Below are positions 42,101 to 51,500 of a stretch of DNA of 64,000 nucleotides, one piece after another. Source of the DNA: Andalucia godoyi And28. Its lineage: Eukaryota > Protista > Jakobida. The notes under the pieces are model-generated. The model did not search any database. It was not told the origin of the DNA and saw only the letters and a program-made list of their open reading frames with translations. Position 1 is the stretch's first letter. Each line of letters starts with the position of its first letter. The translations under genes and the position numbers were made by a program. The stretch covers positions 139,544 through 203,543 of the forward strand of contig VRVR01000023.1 in NCBI GenBank assembly GCA_009859145.1, given 5' to 3'.

Positions 42101-44652
42101 ACGAAGTATCCCCGAACATCTCTCTGATTGCCGTTGCCGGTATTTATCACGGCGACCGGTTGCTGTGTCCTTTGCTTCGCTCTTCGTTTGTTCCAGTCAG
42201 CAGCCCCCGCTGGAATGAGTCTCTGGATGCTGAGCAGCCGTATCGCAACTTTTACGGACAAAGCAAACATTCAAGTGCCGCGGTGAACTCCAAGTCATTG
42301 TATCTGTCGTTTGGCGACCACTTTTACACAAAGACGCTCACGGTCGCCAATCTACCTGCGGGGGCTAGGCTTTGTCTCACGATCTGGGCTGTGCAGAAGA
42401 AGAAGGAAGCAAACTTTCCAGATAAGTATTTGGATCCCAGCACAGGAATGTGGAGCACATCTTCGGATTCATATTCCGCGCCTCTTCCAACTGGCACCAG
42501 TACATTTGCCACAGAAGGGGGCGTTCTTCCCTTTTATCTTCCCGTTCAGGGTCTCGAGAATTCTCCGTCTTGTCCGACGGACTTATCCGCGTCAATGCGC
42601 TACACGGTTGAAGAAATCCCAACAGATTCGTCCTGTGCGCCGCTAGGATGCGTTGCAATTCCTCTTGTGGATGAAAACGGCCATCTAATGCAAGGATCGG
42701 TTACGAAGCACCTGTGGGAGTCCCATATTGCGCATCCTATGCACACCACTGTGGAGTCGCCGGATAAGATGACGATTACAATTGACTTTGAGAAGTACTC
42801 CGACTCTCCTGTTGTCTTCCCGGAGGTCTATGCTCCGCAACCGAATGACCTTCCGTTGGAAACGTCGAACAATGACCCAAACATCGCGCAACCGGAGTTT
42901 CGGTGCTGGACAGACCGGCCGGACAGGGAGGCTCGTTGGCAAAAGCTGCGAAAGCTCATTTTTGCGGAGCTGCCTGGCCAATCTCGGCCATCCGACATTT
43001 CCGCCGCTGACAAGGTCAAACTGGATGCGCTCCTGAAGGCTCCACCTTTGAATACGATGACGATTGGTGAATGCGCGCTTGTTTACAAGTATCGCCATTA
43101 CCTACTGGACAAGCCGCACGCGCTTATCAAGTTTTTGATGTCGGTTCCTTGGAATGACCTTCGCGCAGCACGCGAAGCGTACGCTCTCTTGTGGGTGTGG
43201 TGTCCTCCTTCTCCGCTTGCTGCCTTGGAATTGCTGGACATGAGATTCACGGATCCGCATATTCGTGCGTACGCAATCGACTGTCTGAACAGGCTATCAA
43301 ACAGAGAGCTTGCGTCTGTGCTTCTTCAGCTCGTGCAAGTGTTGAAGTATGAAGCGCACAACGACTCTCCGTTGGCACGCTTCCTCGTAAAGCGCGGTGC
43401 CCAGTCTCCCGACGAAGTTGGGCACATTTTGTTCTGGCATCTCAAGGCAGAGCTGCATGTGCACACCATTGCCCCTCGTTTTGGGTTCTTGCTGGAAGAA
43501 CTTCTGCGAAACGTTGGTAGATCTGCACGCATCGGCTGGAAGCGCCAGTGCGATATGGTGCGTAGTTTATGCGATGCTGCTGAACGCGTCAAAGGCATTC
43601 CCAAGAACGATCGAGCCGCGTTTTTGCAAGCTGATCTTGTTACCATTTGCGCGAAGCTGGGTTTGAAGTGTTCATTTTCAGATGAGTCGAAGAGAGCGCA
43701 GTATCCGGACATTGTGGATCCTTCTCCGGCTCCGACAGAATACTCCCTTCCCCTGGACCCTCGAATGCGTGTCTGTGGCTTGCGTATTGATAAGTGCAAG
43801 TGTATGGACTCCAAGAAGGTCCCGCTGTGGCTGGTGTTTGACAATGCAGATCCTCTGGGAGATCCGATCTACATTATCTTCAAGTCCGGAGATGATTTGC
43901 GCCAGGATCTCCTTACTCTCCAAATGCTTCGTGTCATGGAAGGGTTGTGGATGGGAGAAGGTCTTGATCTCAAGATGAATCCGTATGGATGCGTTGCAAC
44001 CGGAGATATGGAGGGTATGATCGAAGTCGTTCTCAATTCGGACACTTCGGCGAACATTACGCGGACTATCACTGGCGGTGCAAAGGGAGCCTTTCGGAAG
44101 GATACGTTCGACATTTGGCTGCGCCAGCAAAATCCCGATTCGTTTGACACTGCTGTGGAAAACTTCAAAGTGTCGTGTGCTGCGTACTGCGTAGCGACGT
44201 ACGTTTTAGGAATTGGGGATCGGCACAACGACAACATCATGTTGACAAAGACCGGGCAGCTGTTCCACATCGATTTCGGGCACTTCCTCGGTAACATCAA
44301 ACGAAAGTTTGGAGTGAAACGAGAGCGTGCCCCGTTCGTCTTTACTCCCGACTTTGCATACGTGTTTGGCGGAGAAGGCGCCAAGAAGTACAAGGAGTTT
44401 GAGGATATGTGTGTTCGAGTATACCAGGCATTGCGCAAGCATGCCGCAATGTTGTGCAACCTGTTTGTGTTGATGCTCAGCACGGGCATACCTGAGCTCC
44501 AGCAAAAACAGGACATTGAGTACTTGCAGACCGCGTTGCAGCTGTCGATGACAGACGAGGAGGCTGCGAAGTTCTTTAAGAGTCTCATCCGAGAGTCTTT
44601 GAACTCGCGTGCCACGGTCCTCAACAACTGGGCCCATCTTATGGCGCATTAA
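39127..44652 (+). CDS. Class I-like phosphoinositide 3-kinase with N-terminal RasGEF (REM + CDC25-like) module, RBD, C2, helical and kinase domains
   Basis: Kinase: KSGDDLRQDLLTLQM, GIGDRHNDN, HIDFG; GEF-like: IEQLTIMDWEF...YNMAFAIWAAIYHPSISRLSKTW. Confidence 0.9.
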   Translation: MPATSHRIYKLYVRIETSSHVEAFALTVDDAYSVLELVHLCQRFWSVNHAASEPWYFKLVRVIELVGKDRILLFAEDLNHPAITRVTDHHVLERVPLSREVSAAITDTSEDRSSKFRLSTERKADIFDSAELNTLVIRLCSLDLSAPSSWRACPVFASASTLYRDSSNSFRVVDAFVALHTLLASPPSAAATVLSKIMERFEMVSPPAEGLSFTESLFFNCVVQPETRMNILRILKRWILQSPDSFLSLENQVAGDRLREFLECIAPQETGDEAGEEDEQEDSQSAFRKREDLRENNDVGVFARSLLQLLNSLQKFHTPSIQSAAQSRVSGASSSWKPFSLDTAKVQTDAKAYVEKVIEQLTIMDWEFLSQVNSYEWTFYDRERLSDPSAKNICQCLRFWKNVQCWAVLSVLQEADYKSRASRLRLLLAVFRGLKLIRSYNMAFAIWAAIYHPSISRLSKTWESLRKDSSKELEEAEYFPVWYQRDVVAANAIEQPCEPRTTPMSIDDITPIYHAPLSLESAHQALEATPAFVGKGNVQSQVNVARLVDVHRWLYVFSSPESSPATPFGRLRFTKLVSTAPIDHILLSNVEKAGNTAEEDFLQTSAKLEPDGDGSHALYDRLYIHSLLSIFRKARISADSSSKSILKDEIKEILRFESHSQSLFQADFGNVDDENEPDPEDEKDPYLMMLKYAEVASYLPVEKYVAIAPLSGDMDLHRDVTVYLYFNPANVRDDPYATWKDVLQNKREARKFPNVDLRTPVRAFVERILYEMKLSEPAAEFMLKCIGWHEFLCVDTVSLADFDSVRTMLKKDKPVRFSLWTVPLVIFASLYPLLPRYIDPEKSAVDLDSVPRNRKLLVEQLLFSNKRLIPFVSPASAKKDMERESTRWNRAFDAARSLSAFPTAQQKLIPNKDFRFPASAVCFPYGAPGYGKLENLWKGAFERSGTDKNASIHTFSNIPIKFTIRTVSSIPLTSPCFAFLTGKKDGLQSLQNEVSPNISLIAVAGIYHGDRLLCPLLRSSFVPVSSPRWNESLDAEQPYRNFYGQSKHSSAAVNSKSLYLSFGDHFYTKTLTVANLPAGARLCLTIWAVQKKKEANFPDKYLDPSTGMWSTSSDSYSAPLPTGTSTFATEGGVLPFYLPVQGLENSPSCPTDLSASMRYTVEEIPTDSSCAPLGCVAIPLVDENGHLMQGSVTKHLWESHIAHPMHTTVESPDKMTITIDFEKYSDSPVVFPEVYAPQPNDLPLETSNNDPNIAQPEFRCWTDRPDREARWQKLRKLIFAELPGQSRPSDISAADKVKLDALLKAPPLNTMTIGECALVYKYRHYLLDKPHALIKFLMSVPWNDLRAAREAYALLWVWCPPSPLAALELLDMRFTDPHIRAYAIDCLNRLSNRELASVLLQLVQVLKYEAHNDSPLARFLVKRGAQSPDEVGHILFWHLKAELHVHTIAPRFGFLLEELLRNVGRSARIGWKRQCDMVRSLCDAAERVKGIPKNDRAAFLQADLVTICAKLGLKCSFSDESKRAQYPDIVDPSPAPTEYSLPLDPRMRVCGLRIDKCKCMDSKKVPLWLVFDNADPLGDPIYIIFKSGDDLRQDLLTLQMLRVMEGLWMGEGLDLKMNPYGCVATGDMEGMIEVVLNSDTSANITRTITGGAKGAFRKDTFDIWLRQQNPDSFDTAVENFKVSCAAYCVATYVLGIGDRHNDNIMLTKTGQLFHIDFGHFLGNIKRKFGVKRERAPFVFTPDFAYVFGGEGAKKYKEFEDMCVRVYQALRKHAAMLCNLFVLMLSTGIPELQQKQDIEYLQTALQLSMTDEEAAKFFKSLIRESLNSRATVLNNWAHLMAH

Positions 44653-45024
44653 ATAAACATGTACACCTTTCTTGTCCCTCGTCTTTATTTGCATCCTTTT
44701 CGGTACTCTCTTTCTTTCTTTTGCATGCTTTCACCACCAAAGATCTCCGAGAGGAAGAGAGGGGAGATTTCGTTCTGATTTGGTTCTAACCGGATGGGGA
44801 AAACCTCAGTGTTAGGATTTCAAACATTCTGTCAAAGACGATGAAAACGAAATAAAACACAATTAAAATAGTTCAAAAAAAAAAACAGTTGCCAGCGCCT
44901 ACACTGTACACTAACCACGGATATTCATCGCTGATCACCCATAATCAATGCTGCAACCCAACAACAACATGCATATCATGATTGGGAAGGAGGTGGGCCC
45001 CACCACGGCCCACGGCATGCGAGA

Positions 45025-45290
45025 CGTTCTTAACACAGATGTAGATGTCGGGCGCACCGTTCCAATCGCGGTCGATCGTGCATTTGCACGATGGGCAACA
45101 AAAACACACCTTGTTTCCACACACCTTGCGATGGATTTCCTCGCAACAGCCGCACGTTTCAGACATGTACTCCTCCGTCACAAGTCACAATCGACACCTG
45201 CCGCCCCCGCGAATTCGCGCGATTTATAGAGTAGCCGCTGCTGGAATTGATAATGGCACCGCTGCTAGCCATGGATGTTGCTGCATAGTC
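45025..45290 (-). pseudogene. Fanzor2 remnants (HPWLAAVPLSI fragment; RuvC-II, Zn finger, RuvC-III)
   Basis: QRLLYKSREFAG..QVSIVT..EEYMSETCGCCEEIHRKVCGNKV..CPSCKCTIDRDWNGAPDI. Confidence 0.85.
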
Positions 45291-45307
45291 TCAGAAGCAC
45301 TGCTGAG

Positions 45308-45466
45308 AAGCAGTGCGCGTTCGACGTTTGCGAGGCAGTACATGTGATGGGAGCCGGCGTGGATGCTGCGGATCGTCCCGGTGGCGGCCCGTCGCCGGAA
45401 GGTGGCGGTAGAGATGTCATGGGCCTTGCGCAACGTTGCGGACGTGACGTACATGGTGCGTTGCAT
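45308..45466 (-). pseudogene. tnpA: IS607 TnpA HTH remnant
   Basis: MQRTMYVTSATLRKAHDISTATFRRRAATGTIRSIHAGSHHMYCLANVERALL; catalytic serine recombinase domain absent. Confidence 0.75.
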
Positions 45467-46334
45467 GGACAATAACAATAAAATAAGAAATGAGCGTCGC
45501 TGTGCGAGAATGCAGCGCGGCGGCGTGCTTATAGGGATTTCATGATCAAAATGGGGCGAAACGAATCGGGCATCATGTGACGGAGTTGCTAAGATAACAA
45601 ACGCATGTGCATGGCGCGTGGCACTGATTTTGTTTGCGTGCGCTTTACATTCCTTCATCATTCCGCAGAAAGTGGCAGCGGTTTTTCGTTTATAATCCCC
45701 CTTTTCTCTCGTTCTCTCTTCTGTGAGCAACTGCAATCTGCAAACGTGCAGTGTGCAAGCAGACTTTCACGAGGATTCGTAAGGAACGTGTCGTGTGCCA
45801 TCCTCTTCCCGAGCTGCGGTGTCACCCTTTAGTCGGTGCTGTTACCTTTGTGCTCGCGCCGATGATTAGGAAATAGGAGCACTGGCGAATGGAACGACGA
45901 AACAGCCCGATTTGCTTCGACTACCCACCAGCCTGAGCACTGTGGTTTCCTCCTATTGCCTTTGATGTCTTTCACAAGAAACGTAAAAGGCTATTGGAGG
46001 AAAACGAACCGAACATCGCTCTCTCTCTCTCTCTCTCTCTCTCTTCCCTCCTCTCTCTCTCTGACCTCGTCTTTTCTCTTTCTTTCTTGGTAAGTACCCT
46101 CCCCTTCATTAGTCTTGCAAAACACCAGCGTGAAATTCGTCATAGTCGAATCGTTTGTGCGCATCTATCATTGCGTCGACTAACTTTTTTTAGGTCTGTT
46201 TGTGTGCTTCTTTTTTTCCTTTCGTCGTCGTCGTCTTCTGTTTATTCTTCTTCTGTTTTCTGTGTTCGCCCGACATTGCAGCTGCGCAAGTATTGATTAA
46301 TGCTGTTGGCCAATTCCATTGCCGGTTAACAAGA

Positions 46335-46375
<41 letters not shown>

Positions 46376-46476
46376 CAGGTTAGCTCTTCCCGCGTTGTAA
46401 TTTATCTTCTCACCCCCTTCCCAGCATTGTTTCAGGAGAGCTGCTGCTTTGGATACAGTGGCGTTGTCGTCGGAGC

Positions 46477-48354
46477 ATGGGAGTTTGCACTTCAAAATCT
46501 GCAAAGACTGTGGAAGAGCCTGTCAAAGCGGGACAAAAATATGGTTCAAAGGAACAGGCCACCGCGGGCCGACGGTCATCCGTTTCCCGAACACCGCTCC
46601 AAAGTACGCACGTGAGTACGGCCAGCTCGCAACGATCATCTGAATTGCAGAGTCCTGGATTCAGGAAGTTGTCCACAGTTGGTCGACGATCCAAGACTTA
46701 TGATGATTCTGATGTCCACATTACGTCTCGGGGCTCGATTGGAATAGGCAAGAAAGCCTCAGCGGCCGACGGAGAGCGTCTGCAGAGGACGCTTCGACGA
46801 CCAGAACGTGTCCAATATCCAGAAGGAGTCTCTGCGGACTCTGATCACGGATGCCAACGAAATGAGCTCTCACGTTCGTTTGAGAAGCGCTCCTTCAGCC
46901 GTCGACGAACGTCACTACCCTCAAAACCAGAAGATCTTGTTCTGGACGACACTGCAATGCAGTACACATTCAACGAGTTCAAGCAGTACGCAGGCGAGCT
47001 TGGTGTTGTCTCTTCTCCTGATCAGAAAAAGCTCAAGAAGGCTTTCATGGCCTCTCCGTCAGTTACACCGAGCCATCGTCGCTTTGAAACAGTCGGAAGC
47101 CATTCTGGCATTTCCTCCTTCCCTTCATTTCATTCTTCAAGCTCATTTTCCAAGACGGATTCTTTATCGCCAAGCTCGACAGCGTCAACAAGAGTTGAGG
47201 TGACAAAGGCATCTCCCACAAAGTCCGCGGACGTGACATTCGGATCCGGGTCCGCTGCCGTGAGTCCCGTCGAGTCCGTGACGTCTCCTTCGAATGGCAT
47301 GTTGAAGCAAACGTCTTCAAAAATTCACTTGCGACAGCCAGGGACGACTCCGACGAGTTCCACGTGGACGTCGATGGTTGTAAGCGTGTCTGGCAAGAAT
47401 CCTGCGAAAGGCGATGGCTTCGTTGGGAGCCCTGCCAAACCACTGAATAGCGATGTTTCAGATCCCCCTTCCGAGGAATCTGACTACGCTGGAGATAGGG
47501 AGACACTGCAGTCATCGAAGCGGCCATCCGTACCGCATCTCAATGCCGGCACCGGACGAATGCCCATGTACGCCGAACAAATTCACATTCCCCCGCTGGT
47601 GCTCGAGAAGGAGCAAAAGGTGACGCACCTGCGGTCTCTGTCCGTGCAATCTCTTTCCATCCATTGTGCCGCGACGGGCATCGACATGCAAGGATCGAAA
47701 GCCGTTGCGAGTAATGATGTCATCATGGATACTGCCGATGAATACCCCATGATATGTGCATTGTCGAATGAAACAGAAATGCCTGTTCGGATTTTGCTGG
47801 TCGTCGCTGTCAAGAATGATAACCACAGGAGATCGGGTGCTGCGTTCGTGACATCCTCTTCCTCTGGAGGGTCGGAGATCAACATGCGAGTTGACGTCCG
47901 AGAAAATATTGTGTTCCCTTCTTCTCATCGGTTTCTCTCCTTCTTGAACGTGGACCATTTGGAGGCCATCATTGTCATCCAAGGATGGCAGATCTCCATG
48001 ATATCCGCCCATCGAGTTCCTCCGCAGTTCAGAGTCCTCAAAATCCAAGTCCGGGACTTTGCGGTATCGGAGGAGGAAGATTGGATGGAAGAACATTTCA
48101 GACATGAGACACGTGTCCGATACAGCCAAGCCATGGCGCAGCACTATGCCAAACTGCTGAAGAAGCCATCGTTACTCACGTTTATGAAGAAGCGCAGCGT
48201 TACCATGGAGGATGGTAAGCCAGTGTTGGTCGAGGCGGAAAGTGTGACAGTTGCAGTTGCCGTCTCTGTGAAGCATCTTGGGGAGTCGACATTCCGTTTG
48301 ACAGAGCTCGCACCAGACATCCTTCAAAAGAAGACAAGTTACCCGTCCAGTTGA
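46477..48354 (+). CDS. Hypothetical protein, FPVR...QGWQ family member 4; MGxCxS acylation-type N-terminus
   Basis: MGVCTSKS start; LSNETEMPVRI...IQGWQI. Confidence 0.75.
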   Translation: MGVCTSKSAKTVEEPVKAGQKYGSKEQATAGRRSSVSRTPLQSTHVSTASSQRSSELQSPGFRKLSTVGRRSKTYDDSDVHITSRGSIGIGKKASAADGERLQRTLRRPERVQYPEGVSADSDHGCQRNELSRSFEKRSFSRRRTSLPSKPEDLVLDDTAMQYTFNEFKQYAGELGVVSSPDQKKLKKAFMASPSVTPSHRRFETVGSHSGISSFPSFHSSSSFSKTDSLSPSSTASTRVEVTKASPTKSADVTFGSGSAAVSPVESVTSPSNGMLKQTSSKIHLRQPGTTPTSSTWTSMVVSVSGKNPAKGDGFVGSPAKPLNSDVSDPPSEESDYAGDRETLQSSKRPSVPHLNAGTGRMPMYAEQIHIPPLVLEKEQKVTHLRSLSVQSLSIHCAATGIDMQGSKAVASNDVIMDTADEYPMICALSNETEMPVRILLVVAVKNDNHRRSGAAFVTSSSSGGSEINMRVDVRENIVFPSSHRFLSFLNVDHLEAIIVIQGWQISMISAHRVPPQFRVLKIQVRDFAVSEEEDWMEEHFRHETRVRYSQAMAQHYAKLLKKPSLLTFMKKRSVTMEDGKPVLVEAESVTVAVAVSVKHLGESTFRLTELAPDILQKKTSYPSS

Positions 48355-48540
48355 ACAATAGACGATTCCTTACTGAATGTGTGCCATGTATAGAAAGAAA
48401 TGCAATTAAAATATGATGCAGTCTCTTGTTTTTTGTTTTTGTTTTTAGTGATGTATTATTTTATTGTTTTTTTAAAAATCATTTTCTAAATTTCAAATTT
48501 TTGGTTCTTTGGCTATGTTGGCTGTTGTTTGGCATTCTTC

Positions 48541-51500
48541 TTAAACGCCATCGTCTTCAAAGATGTGGGCGATGCTTGCATTTCGTCCCTCCAACAGCTG
48601 GTGATGCGCTCGTGAACTCAAGCGAGGAAACGAAGCAACGTCTCCATGAATGCGCAAAACGACATCGACATCCACCTCTTCATCTTGCAGCACGCTAGTA
48701 CGATCCACAATCATCTGCGACGTTGCAGGGATCCACCGCTGTTTTCCGTGGTCCTTGACGAGCCTCACAACGTCCGGCAAAAAGCTCGCATCGTAGGGGA
48801 GAAGAACCAGATAGCAAGTCAGAAGAAAACAAGGAGCACATGCCTGAACCACTGCCCGGCAGTCTGAAATGATGCTGGACGGCTGCAACACACACACTAT
48901 CCACTCCCAAGCCGATGCCCTTGCAAGCTGAACCAAGTGATTTGTACAGTCTTCTTGTGCAAGCATTGCCAACACGAGACTGGAAGCATGCCGCTCGATG
49001 GGCGAATCTCCGGGGCAAATCATTGGTCTTATGGTTTTTGCATCCAATTTCTTCTCGATACTGCAAACCGTACTGGCCAGAGCTGCACGTTCAGGAGACA
49101 GATCACGGAAACACTCTTCAAGAACACGACACAGCTCTCGGGCATCTTTGATTTCAGCGATCCAATGCGAATCATTTGTCGAGATTGCCGCTATCGCAAA
49201 TACCCTCGAGGAAGACCAACCGCTTGCAATACGGGCACCAACAACACCAGCCTTGTCGATTCGTTTCCGCAGCTCATCTCCAGAAACCCTTGACAGACAT
49301 TTCAAGAGCCCTTCGTCGGTGAGACTCTGCCAGCCAATCGGAGAAAGCAGCTGAAGTCGCTTCCGGTATTGCATGATCGCTTGTTCTGATGCGGGACAGC
49401 TGGAAACAATGTGCTCGAAAAACGCCGGGCCGAAATCAATGTACTCTAGCGAATTCGTAAGACGCAACACATCTGCCTCACTTATTCTATCATTTCGCAC
49501 CAGGTTTCCAACAATCTCCCCAACCGTGTGATCCGAAGAAGATGCTTCTGGAATCGCGATCGTGCCCAAGACGCTGGTAGGACAGTTCAGGAGGGCAAAG
49601 CGGCGATCTGCGACAGCATTCCAATATTCAAGATTGTGCGGAGATTCATCTTTCTCGTCATCCTCTTCTGCACCTTCTGCCCCTGCTTCATTCTCTTCCT
49701 GTCTCTCCGCGGTCATGCCAGTGTGATTGTTGAGCTGATGGAAGTGAAGACTCGGATACAGAGAGGAGAACAACACTGCCGCTTCTGCCGCTTCAAGGGA
49801 CTGCAGCAAGTGTTTCCACGTGCTGTCTTGAAGTAGAGAGCCTTTCACAGGCAGCGGACTCACGGCACAGCCTGCAATGACAGTCTGCCAAAGCTTGACC
49901 AAACACTTCCATTCAGCATCTGCCTGATCTCCTGCTGGAGAGCGACAATGGAGGAGAGTAAGCCGCTGCGCTTCCTGAACAATCACTTCCCAGTCCGACG
50001 CCCAACGAGCACCTGACACTCGCTTCCGCAACTGCGCACGGGCGATCTTCCTCCTTGCGGATGCTGCTAGATCGTCATCACCCACAACTTCGATGATGTT
50101 ATTCGCTTCCAGGAGATACGTCTCGAGTTTGGAGTCACTGAGGGATGCAATAGTGTCCACGATCAGGTGCTGAAGGCCGTCAAACGACAAGAACGTACCA
50201 AACTTTGCAAGGATTGCAGGGAAATGTGTGTGCATGACAAGAGAATTCACCAGAGTGATGTCCGACTTTAGATATTCAAAAAGTGCCACTTCTCCATGCT
50301 GCAAGTGCACGAGCAACTCGGGAACGGCAAGCAGGCCGGAAAGAGTTCTTTCCACGTACATATCGACAAGTTTCCACTCATCCAAAGCATTCAGCTGATC
50401 AAGCTCGAGAGAGGGAAAGCGAATGGCCAAGATTCGCAGAATTTGAAATGGTCGAAAGAACGATGAGGTTGGATCAACAAGAAAGGAAGCAAGAAAAACG
50501 GACGACCAATCACGAGCCCATCGCACTGCAATGCTTTCTCGAGCTGCGCTGTCCAATAGATCCACCCAATCATTCATCTGATCATTGGGAAGAATATGAT
50601 TGACAATCACCGGAATCGCATCTGGAAATTCGGACACAAGTTTTCGAAGCACGGCAAACTCCTGGCGATTCATCAAGACCCGTGCAAAGGCTTCACACCA
50701 GGATTTTCCATGCTGTAGCAGAACAAAAACATCTGCGAAAACACCCATGATTCCCTCGGGATACGAATTCGAAGACGAAACATGGTCTCCGACAGCAGAA
50801 AGCAAGATTCGCAGAGTGTCCCGTAATTGAGACTCGTTCGGATATCGGACACGTCGCTCCCTTGCAAGAGACAAGATTGCATTTTCAGAGTCCAGAGATG
50901 ATCCAACAGATTCCAGCAGAAATCTGGACACTAATTTCTCGTTCCGCAATTTCCGTAAACTGGAAATGTGATCCATTGTCAAAACACGAGTGGCAACACC
51001 TTCAATACGTAAAGACGTCTGTGTGATGATGGCTTGATGAACTGGTTCCTCATCTACATCATATTTTCGGCACAAAGCCAATGATGCCTCATAGGAACCG
51101 GACTTTAGCAAGACATCGAGAAGTGAGATTGGAGTATGACGGTCAATTCTTTCTGCCAAGACATTGCCGCTTTCTAGGGATCCCAGGAGCCACATGAAAT
51201 GCGAAGAGTCCTCTGAACGCACGGAGCTGTGGGAATCCGCAAGCACAAACGGTCTTCCCGTAGTCTCAATTTCCACCAATGAATTCAACTGCGGATCGCG
51301 AACAAGTAACTTCCCTGCTTTGGAGTAAACAATGCTCGTTCCAAAAACAACGCAAAAATCGTCAACGCCGTCCGAATCCATCAGAGTGAAGGATTTGGTG
51401 CTCGTGTCATACATTTTCAACTGCCCGTCCATTGTCAGCACAACGAGATTACCTGAAGTTTCGTCGACAGAAATACGCTTAATGGGAGCTGGAACATGGA

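Larger units (their letters stand above)
44896..45678 (-). mobile_element. Non-autonomous IS607/Fanzor2 element, family A copy 2 (783 bp)
   Basis: CCG (minus strand, 45681-45679) then CTGCCACTT; right end GTGTACAGTGTAGGCG; TnpA HTH and Fanzor remnants. Confidence 0.9.

Noticed and set aside
42112-42120. CCG+AACATC as a target of the B1/B3 guides (also 46009-46017)
   Set aside because: Only 6 guide bases match, which is expected by chance; a full genome search is needed
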